From positions 186,001 to 250,000 of the forward strand of contig BAAIJX010000003.1 in assembly GCA_054600435.1 (NCBI GenBank): a DNA stretch of 64,000 bases, written 5' to 3'. Under the pieces are notes generated by a model. It was not told where the DNA came from and did no database searches. It saw only the letters and a program-made list of their open reading frames with translations. This document shows positions 34,531 through 46,387 of this stretch, piece after piece. This stretch comes from Neophaeotheca triangularis (taxonomy: Eukaryota). The position numbers were made by a program, and so were the translations under genes. Each line of letters starts with the position of its first letter. Position 1 is the first letter of the stretch.

Positions 34531-37500
34531 ATGTCATTCAATTTCGCAGCACAGCTCGATTCCGACGAGGAGACCGCGCCGCCTTTGGACCTGTCAGAGT
34601 GGACATCAACCGTAGACAAGAAGCGCAAACGTCCATCGCCTAACCCAGATCCTCCAGTCCCGCGCCAGCAGTCTTCGGGCTTTCAGGCAGTCAATGCGCC
34701 GGCTCTGGGACTTCTACCGCCAGCTCCCATGGCCCCGATAGATCTAGAGGAAGATTTTGTCATTCAAGACGACCAACACCAAGGCGAAAGTGCGCCGACT
34801 CGGGGGGTCTTTGCTCTGTCTGATGATGAAGGGCAGAGTGCCGGCCAAGCTGAGGAGAGTGACGACTTGATCGAGTTGCCGGACGCGCCTGCACCAGCAG
34901 AAGGTTTGCCAGCTGCTGAAACTTCGGATACGATCGCTGTGACGGGTCCCAAGGTCGTGATTGTGATTCCGCAGCAGAAGAGGAGCAGATCGAGCAGCGT
35001 CGTGGACTTCACACAAGGTGGTGATATTGTCCGCCGTGTCTTGGGAGAGCTTGAGGAGCTGGATGCCAACGGAAGATCGATATACCAGGTCGAGTTCGAG
35101 GATAGGCATACAGAAGAGGTAGGTTCACTCTCCTTCATCCATTGCTGTTTGCGCCGCGTTGCACGCTTCATTCGTCAAGTCTATTTCGCTTCATATGGCC
35201 TGAGATGGCTTCATTTCGCATGTTTAGCCTTCATTGTCACCAAAGCTGCCTCTGTGCGCCTACAGGAAGGATCTGAATCCTCTTCCCCTCTCCTTTCCTT
35301 CTCTTCTTACACCCACAACCTACTCCCAACAACAATACCACGGTCGATCGATATCTGCCTCGACCATATCGAGAGCAATCCCTTGCCAGTAGCAGTACTG
35401 CAGCGGGTTCGAAACAACGACTGCGAAGCGAAGGCCAGGTGTCATATCAGCAAGTGTTCGTTGCGGCCTTCCCAGCACTTCAAGCCTTCATTCTGCTAGC
35501 CGCTATTGCTGCTTATTGACCCTTTCTCATCTTTTCCCTCCCCTACTGGTCACCTTGTTTTCCAAGAAAGATGACCTGCTAATAGCTCATTCGCTAGCAA
35601 CCCTATGACACAGTAATTCGATATCACAACGGCAAACAAGCATATCAGACATTTGTAAACACCCCAGCTCCAGAACCCTCACTCGAGCCGGCGGCAAAGC
35701 GGACTTCTACCGAGGCGACCAAAATGTCGTCAAGCCGCCCAGGCAGAAGAACTACTCAGCGGACGGGCATGGTGAGCACCATAGACAACGTCTCGGACGA
35801 AGGAAATGCTGGAAACAGCTCCGACGAAGAGATTGAGCTCGAGCCTCGTCCCTTTGGACGCCGCAAGAAGAAGCAATACCACGCTCAATATGTAGACGAA
35901 GGAGCAGACGAAGAAGACGAAGAAGTTGATGCCAAGAACTCCGAGGAAGACACGGGCAGGCGTCCGGGTCTACGACGTGGTCTACGCAAGCCAAAGCCAC
36001 AGCCAGTGGGGGTGAGCTTGCGTAGTGCTGATGTTGATGACGGCTCCGACTCAGAGGGCGCGATACCGTTTCTGCAGTCAGATCTACCTGGCACTCGTCG
36101 AACTCGCAAGATGCGCTCTCAAGGCCCTGCCGCCGATTTCGTCGAGGACGAAGGAGACGACATTGGCTACAACAACGCTAAGAAGAAAGCCATTCATGCT
36201 GGAGAGCGGCAATCTACTCGTGCAGGCAGACATACGCGTGGGATGGAGGAGGTTGGCGAAGATAACATCTTCCGGTCCGACTCCGATGATGCTGCTCGCC
36301 CGCCACCCAAGCCCAAGGCTACTGGTGCCCGCGAAGCTTTCAAACAGCTTCCACGCAACGACGAGTTCCGGATGCGCCACAACCAGCAGTGTGAAACGTG
36401 CGGCAATGGTAACAACTTCGCTCCAATCATCTATTGCCAGGGATGCACGCTCGCCTATCACAAAGGCTGCCTGGGACACCGTACCACTCGTGAGCACCTA
36501 GTCACCAAGATTGGGGATGGCAACTTTGTTCTCCAATGCCGTCGTTGTATCGCGTTTCCTAAGAGCAAAGACCCGACCGCTCCTGACCAAGGCAAGTGCC
36601 AAGATTGTCACAACCACGGCCCTTCCAACAAGCCTTTCCGCCCACGCAAGACCCCAGCCCAGGAGCAGAGGGATCGCGATGAGAACGATGGCGAAGATCC
36701 CATCTATAACATCCACGAGGACCGCATCAACAAGGCCGACAACGTCATGTTCCGCTGCTTGCAGTGCTTCAGAGGCTTCCACTTCGAACACCTTCCATCT
36801 CGTTCGGACATGATGGACATCGACATGGAGGTGGACCCAGAACAACGCTTCCGCGAGTACAGCCGCGACTGGAAGTGCAAAGATTGCGCCACCATGCCTG
36901 CCAAAGTCTCTGGCATCATCGCTTGGAAGCCCATCGACGAAGACATCTACGATCCTGCCGTCCCTTATGACAAAGTTAGCGAAGACGACAAAGCGTACCT
37001 GCTCAAGTGGGAAGGCATGTCTTACTTTCAAGCTATGTGGATGCCCGGGCCGTGGGTCTGGGGAGTTACAGCGTCTTCAATGCGCAAAGCGTTTGGCAAG
37101 CGCGAGGATGCTCAGAACCCCAAGATGCGAACCGAAGCAGCTATCCCAGAGGACTTTCTCCGTGCCGATATTGTACTAGACATCAAGTATACCTCATTTG
37201 TCGACATTCGGGGAGAGGAGATTGACAAAGCTCGCATCCGTGAGATTGACAAGGCACTCGTCAAATACAAGGGTCTTGGCTACGAGGACGCCGTCTGGGA
37301 GGCACCGCCATCACCAGACGACGGCGACCGCTGGACTGACTTCGTGACTGCTTACAACGACTGGGTGTTGGGGCGTTACGTCAAGCAACCTGGCGCCAAA
37401 TCTCTCAAGAACAAGATCGAAAAGGCTCGCAACCAAGACTTCTCCAAGCTCGAGAAGGACTCTCAGCCCGAGAACATGAAGGGCGGCGAGCTCATGAAGT

Positions 37501-40500
37501 ATCAGATTGACGGTCTCAACTGGCTATACTACAAGTGGTACACTCAGAAGAACGCAATTCTGGCTGACGAGATGGGTCTCGGCAAGACAATCCAGATCAT
37601 TGCCTTTTTGGCCACATTGGTGCAGGACTGGAGCTGCTTCCCCTTCCTCATTGTCGTACCCAACTCGACGTGTCCCAACTGGCGCAGGGAGATCAAGCGC
37701 TGGGCCCCGAGCTTGCGCGTTGTTGCTTTCTTTGGCAGCAAAGAGAGTCGCGATCTCGCCTACAAATACGAGATGTTTCCCGAGAACAGCAAGGACCTCA
37801 AATGCCATGTGGTGGTAACGTCTTACGATGCTGCCGCTGACGACAGCTGCCGCAAGTTCTTCCGATCGGTGCCCTGGCAAGGTCTTATCGTCGACGAAGG
37901 CCAGCGTCTGAAGAACGACAAGAACCAACTTTATTCCGCTCTAAACGCCCTCAAATTCCCCTTCAAGGTCCTGCTCACTGGAACACCGTTGCAGAACAAC
38001 CAACGCGAGCTGTTCAACCTCTTGCACTTCCTTGACGAAAGCTACAACGCCGAGCAGCTGGACCAGGAGTATTCCGAGCTCAACAAGGACAGCATTCACC
38101 AGCTTCATGATCTCATTCGACCCTTCTTCTTGCGCAGAACGAAGGCTCAAGTGCTCACCTTCCTTCCACCAATGGCGCAGATCATCTTACCCGTCAGCAT
38201 GTCCCTCGTGCAGAAGAAACTCTACCGTAACATCTTGGCCAAGAATCCAGATCTCATCCGCGCCATTTTTGCGTCAGACAGCAACGCCACTCTTGGTAAA
38301 GGCGAACGAGGCAGCCTGAGCAACATCCTTATGCAGTTGCGAAAGTGTCTTTGCCATCCGTTTGCGTACAACAGATCCATTGAAGAGCGCAATGTCGACC
38401 ATGCGATCTCCCACCGCAATCTCGTCGACGCCAGCAGCAAGCTCAAGCTTCTTGAAGTCCTTCTGCCGAAGCTCAGAGAACGTGGTCACCGTGTGCTCAT
38501 CTTCAGTCAATTCCTCGACATGCTCGACATGACTGAAGACTTCCTTGACGGTATGGAGATGCCTTATCAACGTCTTGACGGCTCGATTGGCAGCCTGCAA
38601 AAGCAGAAGCGCATCGACGAGTTCAACGAGCCGGGATCTCCATTGTTCGCCTTCCTGCTTTCCACTCGTGCTGGAGGTGTAGGCATCAACCTTGCCACTG
38701 CCGACACTGTCATCATCCTTGATCCCGACTTCAACCCTCATCAAGACATTCAAGCTCTGTCGCGTGCGCATCGTATCGGGCAGCACAAGAAGGTTCTATG
38801 CTTTCAGCTCGTCACCCGTGCTTCCGCGGAAGAGCGCATCATGCAGATCGGACGCAAGAAGCTAGCACTCGATCATGTACTCATCGAATCCATGGATGCA
38901 GACGACGCTAGCAACAACGATCTGGTATCTGTCCTTCGACACGGTGCGAGCGAACTCTTCAGCGACGATGGCGACCAAGACATCGTCTATGACAGCAACA
39001 GCGTAGAGCACCTTCTAGACCGAAGCCACATGGAAGATACGCAGACAGGTGCAGACAAGAGTGCGGAAACGCAATTTTCGTTTGCACGTGTCTGGGCGAA
39101 CGACTCGGGTGCTCTCGAAGAATCAACAGCCGTGGAAGACGCCGAGCAATTGCCGCCTCCGGATCCGGGTGTCTGGGATGCCATCCTCAAAGAGCGCGAA
39201 CGCGCAGCTGCAGAAGAAGCAGCCGCCAAAGTCGAAGCCTTTGGCCGTGGTCGCCGAAATCGCCACGCCATCGACTATGGCACTGACAGAGCTCCGGACG
39301 ATGCTATGGACCTCGATCCATTGCCAGGCAAGAGGAGCGGCAAGAAGGTCAAAGACGATGACGCCAGCGACACGGATTTCCAGGCCGAGGAGTCGGAGCC
39401 CGAGAGCGGTGCGGAAGAAGGTGAGCAACAGCTTGACGCCGACGATATCGATGCTGTACGAGGTGGGGAGGAAGACGGAACTAATCGTACCACAGGCAAA
39501 AAGAAGGGTAAGAAAGCTCCATCTTCTACTACCACGTCTACTCCCCAATCCACTCCTGCGAAGCCCAAAGCGAACGCCAAGCTGCAGACTTCTGCTTCCA
39601 ACGTGAAGAAGCCTGGTGCTGTTGGTGCTACGCTAGGCAAGAGCAAAGCAAAGGCGACGTATTCTGCTTCCGACATGAAGAAAACGCTCGCTGCTGCCGC
39701 TGAAGCTAAGAGGGCCACGAAGCCTGCGATTGCTTCGCCGAAGAGGAAGGCTGCTGCTACGTCTAAAGCTGCTCCCGCGGCGAAGAAGGGAAAAGTTTCT
39801 CAAGTCAAAGGCATAGGCAACGATCGTTTCGTCGGTCTGGCCGTCATGCCTCGGTCCGACGAAGTCTACACTGTTGTCGATTTGGTCTCTGAGAGTGAGG
39901 AAGAAGAGAGTCCGAAGGCGACCGCTGCTATGGATGAGACTTCGGATGGTCCCGTGAAGAAGTCTCTACCAGAAGGGGCGACCAAGGATGGCGTTGTCAT
40001 GACAGATGCAACGAAAGCACTTGGCGGCGATACTGGAACCACTGAAGGCGAAAGAGACGAGCCTACTGCCGTCGAACCTAGCGTCTCAGACAAGGGCGGC
40101 AAGGTCGACGACAAAGTGGGAGTCGTCTCTGCCCCGTCCGCTTCTCTGCAACCGCTCGAGTTGGCCAGCCCGATGCTCGACTTCACCACCACTCCTTCTA
40201 CCCTAAAACCAGCCGCTCAATCTTCAACAGATGCGGCGGCAGCCCCGACATCATAACTTTCCTAGTACTACAAGCAACCAAAATGCCCTCCCCAACTGCC
40301 GAAGCTAACTTCCTCTTTTCACAGACATGCCAGCCGGTCAATTTCGCCGCGTCGTAGTCCCCAACACCACCCCAGCAAACCCCCTCATCAACAACAACAG
40401 CACTACCCACGACCCCACCAACACCGCCGCCAGCATTCAAGCCTACCGCCACCAACAATCCCTGGCCCCCCACCCCAACCAAGAAAACATGCTCAACTGC

Positions 40501-41027
40501 CTCGCTTGCCGCACGTACCATGCCGTCGGCTACTGCCCGCTCAAAGTCGCCGGCGTCGAGAGATGCAACCTCTGCGGCCTGGCGCACTACGGCCACGCGC
40601 GCGTCTGCCCCCATTTGCAGAGCGAGACCCAAGTAAGCAACCCCACAACTCACTTCCACCTAAAACCCCCTCCACTAACAATATTGTGCCACAAAAGGTA
40701 CGCGCCATGCTCTCGGCTCTCAAACAATCCCAAGAACCAGCCCACCTCGTCAACGAAGCCCGCAAGTACCTCAAGGGCTTGAAGGGCAATCTGGTGCAAC
40801 TGAAGAAGCAAAAAGCGGCCAAAGAACACGCTATCAAGGAGGCCGAAGCCGCCAATGCGAATGTCAACCAGCAGGCTCACATGGGCTTGTACGGGGGATC
40901 TGCGGGAGCGGGTGGCGGATACTCGTCTGCTATGGGCTATGGCGGGTATGGGGGTGGATATAATGGAGGTAGTTACAATGGCAGCGGCGGGGTGCCGCCG
41001 GGGTTTTTCGATAAGTTTAGGGCTTAG
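34531..41027 (+). CDS. CHD/Mi-2 family chromatin remodeller, Mit1-like (PHD-like fingers, chromodomains, SNF2 ATPase, C-terminal zinc finger)
   Basis: Proposed exons 34531-35118, 35598-39507, 40325-40632 and 40698-41027, all in frame with GT-AG introns. LADEMGLGKT, DEGQRLKN, LTGTPLQNN, LLSTRAGGVGINL, QALSRAHRIGQ. Last exons carry CLAC..H..G.CPLK..GVERCNLCGLAHYG..CPH. An unspliced isoform would stop at 40256. Confidence 0.9.
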
Positions 41028-42031
41028 GCGGGGAAGGAGGAAGGCTCGAGCAGGGTTTGGAGGCGGATGGGTGCTTTTGGTGGTATAGATGGGAATCGGT
41101 GCTTAGCTTGCTGTTGCACAAAAGTCTAGTATATAGATTCCCAACCACGATTCGAGCGCGACGATTGCCTTCGCCAGCTTTTACTTGAATGCTGCTCTCG
41201 AGCTTGCAGGTTACATACGCCGTGAACATACCTTTTTTCGGAAAAGGAAAGGCCGACGCGGTCCCAGCGTCCCAAGTCGAGGTCTTGGAAACGCCTCAGC
41301 ACCGCACCGCACCGCAACCCTCTCTACCCCGTATTCGTGTTCTTTGCGTCAAGCACTATTCGAAATTACTAGCCAGTTAGCCCGCAGTGGCGAAAGAAGA
41401 TCCTGGCCTCCTTTTCCCCACTCATTGCTTTGCCTTTTCTACCATCCTCCCCCTGTCTGACGAAAACGCGGCAACCGATCTCTTGAAACGCCGTCCCGTG
41501 GTCGTGAGAGAAACACCGAGGACCCTCGCTTTCCCACCGACTCATCTGGCCAAAAAGCTGGAAGAAAAGTCTTTCTTGCTTACCCAGCCACCACCTACCT
41601 ACCTCAACACCCACCTCGATGGAAGAAACCGCGAATGAGAGAAAGAAAAGGAAGCCTTCCAATGAATACAAAACAAAATAATAGAGCATCTCATGCAAAC
41701 AGTGGTATCTCTCGAAAAAAGGGAGTGAATGCCGGAGTGCGCGTGCGCGTTGTACATGAACGACAGCACGCACAGTCATCGACCCGGGGAAAAACAGCAC
41801 CAAAGACCGACAGACAGTGAACGATTCCCTACGCTCGTCGCTTAGATTCACATGCACGCACTGCCTCCTTTTTTGGCGTTGGGGAAGCACGACTTCTGCC
41901 TTGTGCTTGCATGCAGTACCACTTCCCCCTCTTGGGCCCTTCTGTCTTACGCCACGTCTTTTCTTTTGCGTTTTTCCTTTCTTCAAGGGTGAAAGATTTT
42001 GCTTGCCGTCTTTCCTATGTTTGCATCGGGA

Positions 42032-42833
42032 CTATCTGTCCGGCTCGTTGGCGTCAGGGGGGTTGAAGAGACCGAAGCGCATACGGTGGAGCTGGTGGCT
42101 GGCTGTCAGTACAACAGAACGAGACCAAAGAATGCAAAAGAGGTTGTGGAGCAGTGCTCACCGCAGGCAACTTAGGCACGACAACAGCCAGAGTCGCAGC
42201 AAAATTGACCAAAAAGTAGACACCATCGTAATGCGTGTAGTGTGTGCTGACCAAAAACAACACGATCGGCACGCTGAGGAGGAATTTCTTCGCCGGGGTG
42301 TATTGGTCGCCGTTGTCGATTTGCTCCCACATGTTGAGGTTGTCGTAGGCGCCTGCGTTGAATTCAAAAGGCACGCCGCGTACCCAGTGGAACATTAGGT
42401 AGGAGCCGAGCATGTAGATGACGTTTGTGAGGGTCCAGGATGTTTCTTGCGAGATGCCGGGGATTGTGAGGGTAAGGATTTTTAAGAGCATGATTAGGAG
42501 AGGGTGGATGAGCCAGGCGCCTGAAGGGGGAAAGGGGGGTTAGCTGGACTCTTTTGTTCGTTTTGCATGTCCAGTGTCTGAGATGGTGTAGCGATAACCC
42601 CAGTCATTGACTCTCTTCTTTTTCTTCACATCTCAACGCCGTTTGCGCCATGCTATCTTGCCCCTTTGGGATCGTACATGAAATGGGACATGCTCACCTT
42701 TGGCATTGACCCATTGGCTGTTCAAATTCGGCAGCGCAGACTGGTCGCTCATATGCTCCAGACTCTCCGGCGGTTCTTGGTACATCAGACTGCTACTCCT
42801 CCGTCTCCGCCGGTTCTTGTCTGCGCTGGCCAT
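42032..42833 (-). CDS. ORM1: ORM/ORMDL family regulator of serine palmitoyltransferase
   Basis: Exons 42833-42698, 42520-42162 and 42091-42032. NLNSQWVNAKGAW, FHWVRGVPFE, LNMWEQID, QYTPAKKFL, PKLPALHRMR. Confidence 0.94.
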
Positions 42834-43275
42834 TTTCTGCTCCGCCGCCTGAATGCACACGGGGCTGTCCGTCACTCTGCCGGGACTTCGGTTGACGGCG
42901 GGGTTGGAAGGCGGCGGGCTCTTGACGCCTTCGGCGAAGGTCAGACCGACGCCGTTGCGTTGGAGGATTGTGGAAGACAGTTTGGCGGTGTTGGGGGAGC
43001 TTGGCCGGTAGGGGTATTGGTTGCAAGAGGTGGGCATGGGCATGAGTGGTTATGTGTCGCTTTCGCCGGCGAGGTTGGGGAGCGGGTCGGTGATGGTGGG
43101 TGGTGACGGGGGATAATGCTACGAATGTACCACAAGGCGGTGGTGGTGGTGGTGGTGGGGGAAGCTGGTGCGTGTCCTTTGTGCGAAGAATTTGGCCAGA
43201 TGGGACGATACTGCCGTTTACAATCACACCCTGGGCGGAACGGAGGTGTTGAGTGTTGTTGGTAGTGATCAAGGT

Positions 43276-43313
43276 GGTGACGACGGTGACGGTGACGGTG
43301 ACGGCGACGGTGA
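43276..43313. repeat. (GGTGAC)n hexamer microsatellite upstream of ORM
   Basis: ggtgacgacggtgacggtgacggtgacggcgacggtga. Confidence 0.8.
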
Positions 43314-43818
43314 GGGGTGGCGAGGTTGCGTAGCGGATAGTGCTGGTGCCTGGTCGACAAGGGATAGATTGCTTGCCGGTGCTTGTGGGAGGAGCTTCAC
43401 AGAGCTCGAGTGGTGTCTGGTGTTGTTGGTAGATAGCCCAGAGGTGGGAGAGAGGAGGGGGTTACGCTGGTCACGGGGATTGATTATTGATTATTGCAGC
43501 TCGCTCGGGGATGGATGATTTCAACCAGCCCAACCCAACTTGGCCGGAGGTTACGAAGCCCCCCCAGTAGTACTACTACTAGTAGGTACCCGCACTACTG
43601 CACTGCTAAAAGCGTCTGGCAAGGGTCTAGAGCTCCACACTGCAGCCACGCAGCCCACGCTAGCCCCTGTCCTGGCTACTTCCCGTCGGAGCTACCCGAG
43701 CGCCCGTCGGACATGATAATAATCTACTAGTCCCTACACTTTTATTCAACAATCACCACTACATCTCCCTCCAACACCAATCAATACACTCCACACTAGC
43801 CGTTGTGTGCACCTCAGT

Positions 43819-44706
43819 ATGCAGACAAACATCCGTCAAGACAGCGGCGAGGAGTCCCGCGCCAACAGCGTCGGTCGCAAGCGCAAGCACGTGACGGACT
43901 CTGGCGATAGCACCATGGCAACCGGCAAGCACATCAAGCTTGACAACAACGACAGCGACAGCGAGGGTCAAGACGAGGTAGATAGAAGCTCCCAAGCCAG
44001 CTCTGACTTCAACAGCCGAGAGAGTGGCCAAGTCTCCTCTTCCGAATCTCCTGACCCTTCGCGCCTGGCGAAGAATGCGTGGCAAAGCGATGCTGACTCT
44101 CCTCGCAAGGAATACAAACACGAGAGACCAAGCAGCCCCGGGGAGGAAGACGACAACGCCGTCCAGAGTGACAGTAGTGCCGGAGATAGCGACAGCGCTT
44201 CCGACGACGACGACGACGACAAGGACGACACCAGCAACTCCGCATCCACCGGCCAACCCCCCAAGCAGCACAAAACCAACGGCAACCCCAACAAGGCCCC
44301 GATCAAATTCATCCCCAAACCCGCTCCGCGCCTCAACAAGTACGACGAGCTCGTCTGCGAGCGCTGCGGCGCTACCGGGCACTCCGGCGATGGCTGCTCC
44401 TTACTCTGGAAGACGTACTTCCCCGGCCAAAACAACGTCACTCAAATCCCACGCGAGGCCATGGTAGTCAGCTGCTACAACTGCGGTATCAGCAGTCGTG
44501 CCGTGGGCCACGCCAGATCACACTGGGGCGACGATTGCCCGGAGCTGCCGGCTTTCTTGCGCGACAACCCTTCGGGTTTGTGGACGGCCAAATACGCTGA
44601 CAAGTTTGTCTTGGGAGTGGAGGTCAGTGAGAAGGGGCAGGCTAATCTGGCAGCTGGAGAGAGGCTGGCTGGACAGCGTGCGGCTTTCTACTTGGACCGC
44701 GACTGA
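43819..44706 (+). CDS. Air1/Air2-like zinc-knuckle protein (TRAMP subunit-like) with only two knuckles
   Basis: CERCGATGHSGDGC, then LLWKTY linker, then CYNC...HWGDDC. This resembles Air2 ZnK4-IWRxY-ZnK5. The N-terminus is acidic and Ser-rich. Confidence 0.72.
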   Translation: MQTNIRQDSGEESRANSVGRKRKHVTDSGDSTMATGKHIKLDNNDSDSEGQDEVDRSSQASSDFNSRESGQVSSSESPDPSRLAKNAWQSDADSPRKEYKHERPSSPGEEDDNAVQSDSSAGDSDSASDDDDDDKDDTSNSASTGQPPKQHKTNGNPNKAPIKFIPKPAPRLNKYDELVCERCGATGHSGDGCSLLWKTYFPGQNNVTQIPREAMVVSCYNCGISSRAVGHARSHWGDDCPELPAFLRDNPSGLWTAKYADKFVLGVEVSEKGQANLAAGERLAGQRAAFYLDRD

Positions 44707-45343
44707 GCGAGTACTGCGGTTACTATGAGCTTTGTTCACGGGTAGCGCCCACTGAACGAAGATTGTTTTACAAGCGTGTATTTGTACGCTCAAAACGGGG
44801 GCTTGCATGAAGACCAGGACACCAAGAGACCGGCGAGAACACGAAGTTTTAAAATTCGCTACCTGAAAAGTTTCACTATCGACCTTAAAATAATTAATCG
44901 CACTAGCCACAGCCTAGCACTATCACGACTCAACGCGAACGGGCAACCTGCCACCCGAGCCACAATGGCAGACCCAAGCCATGACAACTGTTCTTTCCCT
45001 GTGCTGAGGCATTCCCAGGCCCTGCGCGATTCTCTCCAATGACGCTCGAGTCCAGTTCGACTACACGCCAGCTCTGGTCGCAATGCAAATAGTAGCCGGC
45101 GCCTGAGTGTCGCCACGTTGTCTATAAGAAGGTTGGTGGTGTGGGTGTTGCTCAAGTTTACCTGGCAGGGATTCTCTCGGTATGGTAGTGACCGTAGACT
45201 GCAGTGGGGTTTTGCGTCCCGTTATCGGCAGCACTTCGAAGGGCAACCAAACAGCTCCACTCAAAGTGCGAAGGTCGCGCAAGTCGCCAAGAACTTGAAT
45301 AAACCACCGCCACTATTGCAAAAGAAGCAAAACGCCTTCAAGC

Positions 45344-45826
45344 CTACTTGGACCTCGCAGACTTCGTAGACTTCACAGACTTCCCGGCCTGCGCGGCCTG
45401 CGCGGCCTGCGCTTCCAGCTCCTTACGCATGGACACCCAACGATTCTTGACGTATTGACTTGCTCCTAGGCCCGACGCAGACTTTCGGGCAGTGGTATGA
45501 TCCGGCCTCGGCAATAGGCTTCCCTGGTGAAAATCACTCAAGAGAGCTTCGGCGTTGGCGTTGGAATAGGGGGCGGGGTAATGCTGTGTACACGAAGGTT
45601 CGGGTGCTGTTGTTCTCGCTGCTGTGGCCGACTTTGCCGGAGTTTTCTTCGTGGAGGTCCTCGCTGCGGTCTTGGGTTTGGTGACGGCTTTAGTAGTGGG
45701 TTTCGCTTTCTTGGGGCTGGCCTTCTTGGAACTGGCTTTTTTCGGAGCAGTGGTCTTTGGACTGTTGTTGTTGTTGCGCTTGATCGCGCTGGTTTTGCCG
45801 CTTTGCGAACGCGTTGTTGGTGCCAT
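45344..45826 (-). CDS. Small Lys/Ala/Thr-rich basic protein of unknown function (orphan A, ~160 aa)
   Basis: AAAATGG start context. MAPTTRSQ..., H1-tail-like PKKASSKKASPKKAK, short helical C-terminal segment. Confidence 0.62.
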   Translation of the reverse strand: MAPTTRSQSGKTSAIKRNNNNSPKTTAPKKASSKKASPKKAKPTTKAVTKPKTAARTSTKKTPAKSATAARTTAPEPSCTQHYPAPYSNANAEALLSDFHQGSLLPRPDHTTARKSASGLGASQYVKNRWVSMRKELEAQAAQAAQAGKSVKSTKSARSK

Positions 45827-46387
45827 TTTCGCGTTGGGTTTGGTGTTGATACTGCTTCGAATCTGTCGAAGGTAGTTGGTGTCTGATGAGAGGAGTGCCA
45901 GCAAGAGAATGTGTTGGGAAAATGTCTAGTGTCAGCCTCCAGGGAAAGGGCAACGTGCTCTTTGTCTTCTCTGGCGCATGATGTGTTTCCGCGACCGGAA
46001 GGGTGAAAGTGAGACGCTTCCCACCCAACAAAGGAATGTGTTTCTGGGCGGCTTTTGCCGGAAGCGGGAATTTGTTGGACGCTGCGACAACACACGGCCG
46101 AGATCTTGGCGGGCATGAGATGGCGGGTTTGTCAAGGAATGGGGAACATTGTGTAATCCACTGCAGATTCATATAGCAAGAGCAAAAGAAGCAATTACGA
46201 ACGCCTTTACCGAGCAGGAACTTTCGCCGAAGTCACCCAGCTACCGGCGGACCACGCAGACAATCCCCCGCAGAATCTGAACCGCACCACGCACCCCCTC
46301 GATCACCTATCGCGGCCCACACTTCCCTGCGGAAGAACCCCTTCACATGACAGCTCTGGCAGCAGCTCCCATCCCTTCTCCCGGGAT

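Noticed and set aside
34531..35499. 322-aa ORF treated as a separate gene
   Set aside because: Better explained as exon 1 of the Mit1/CHD gene reading on into intron 1; the splice 35118/35598 is in frame.
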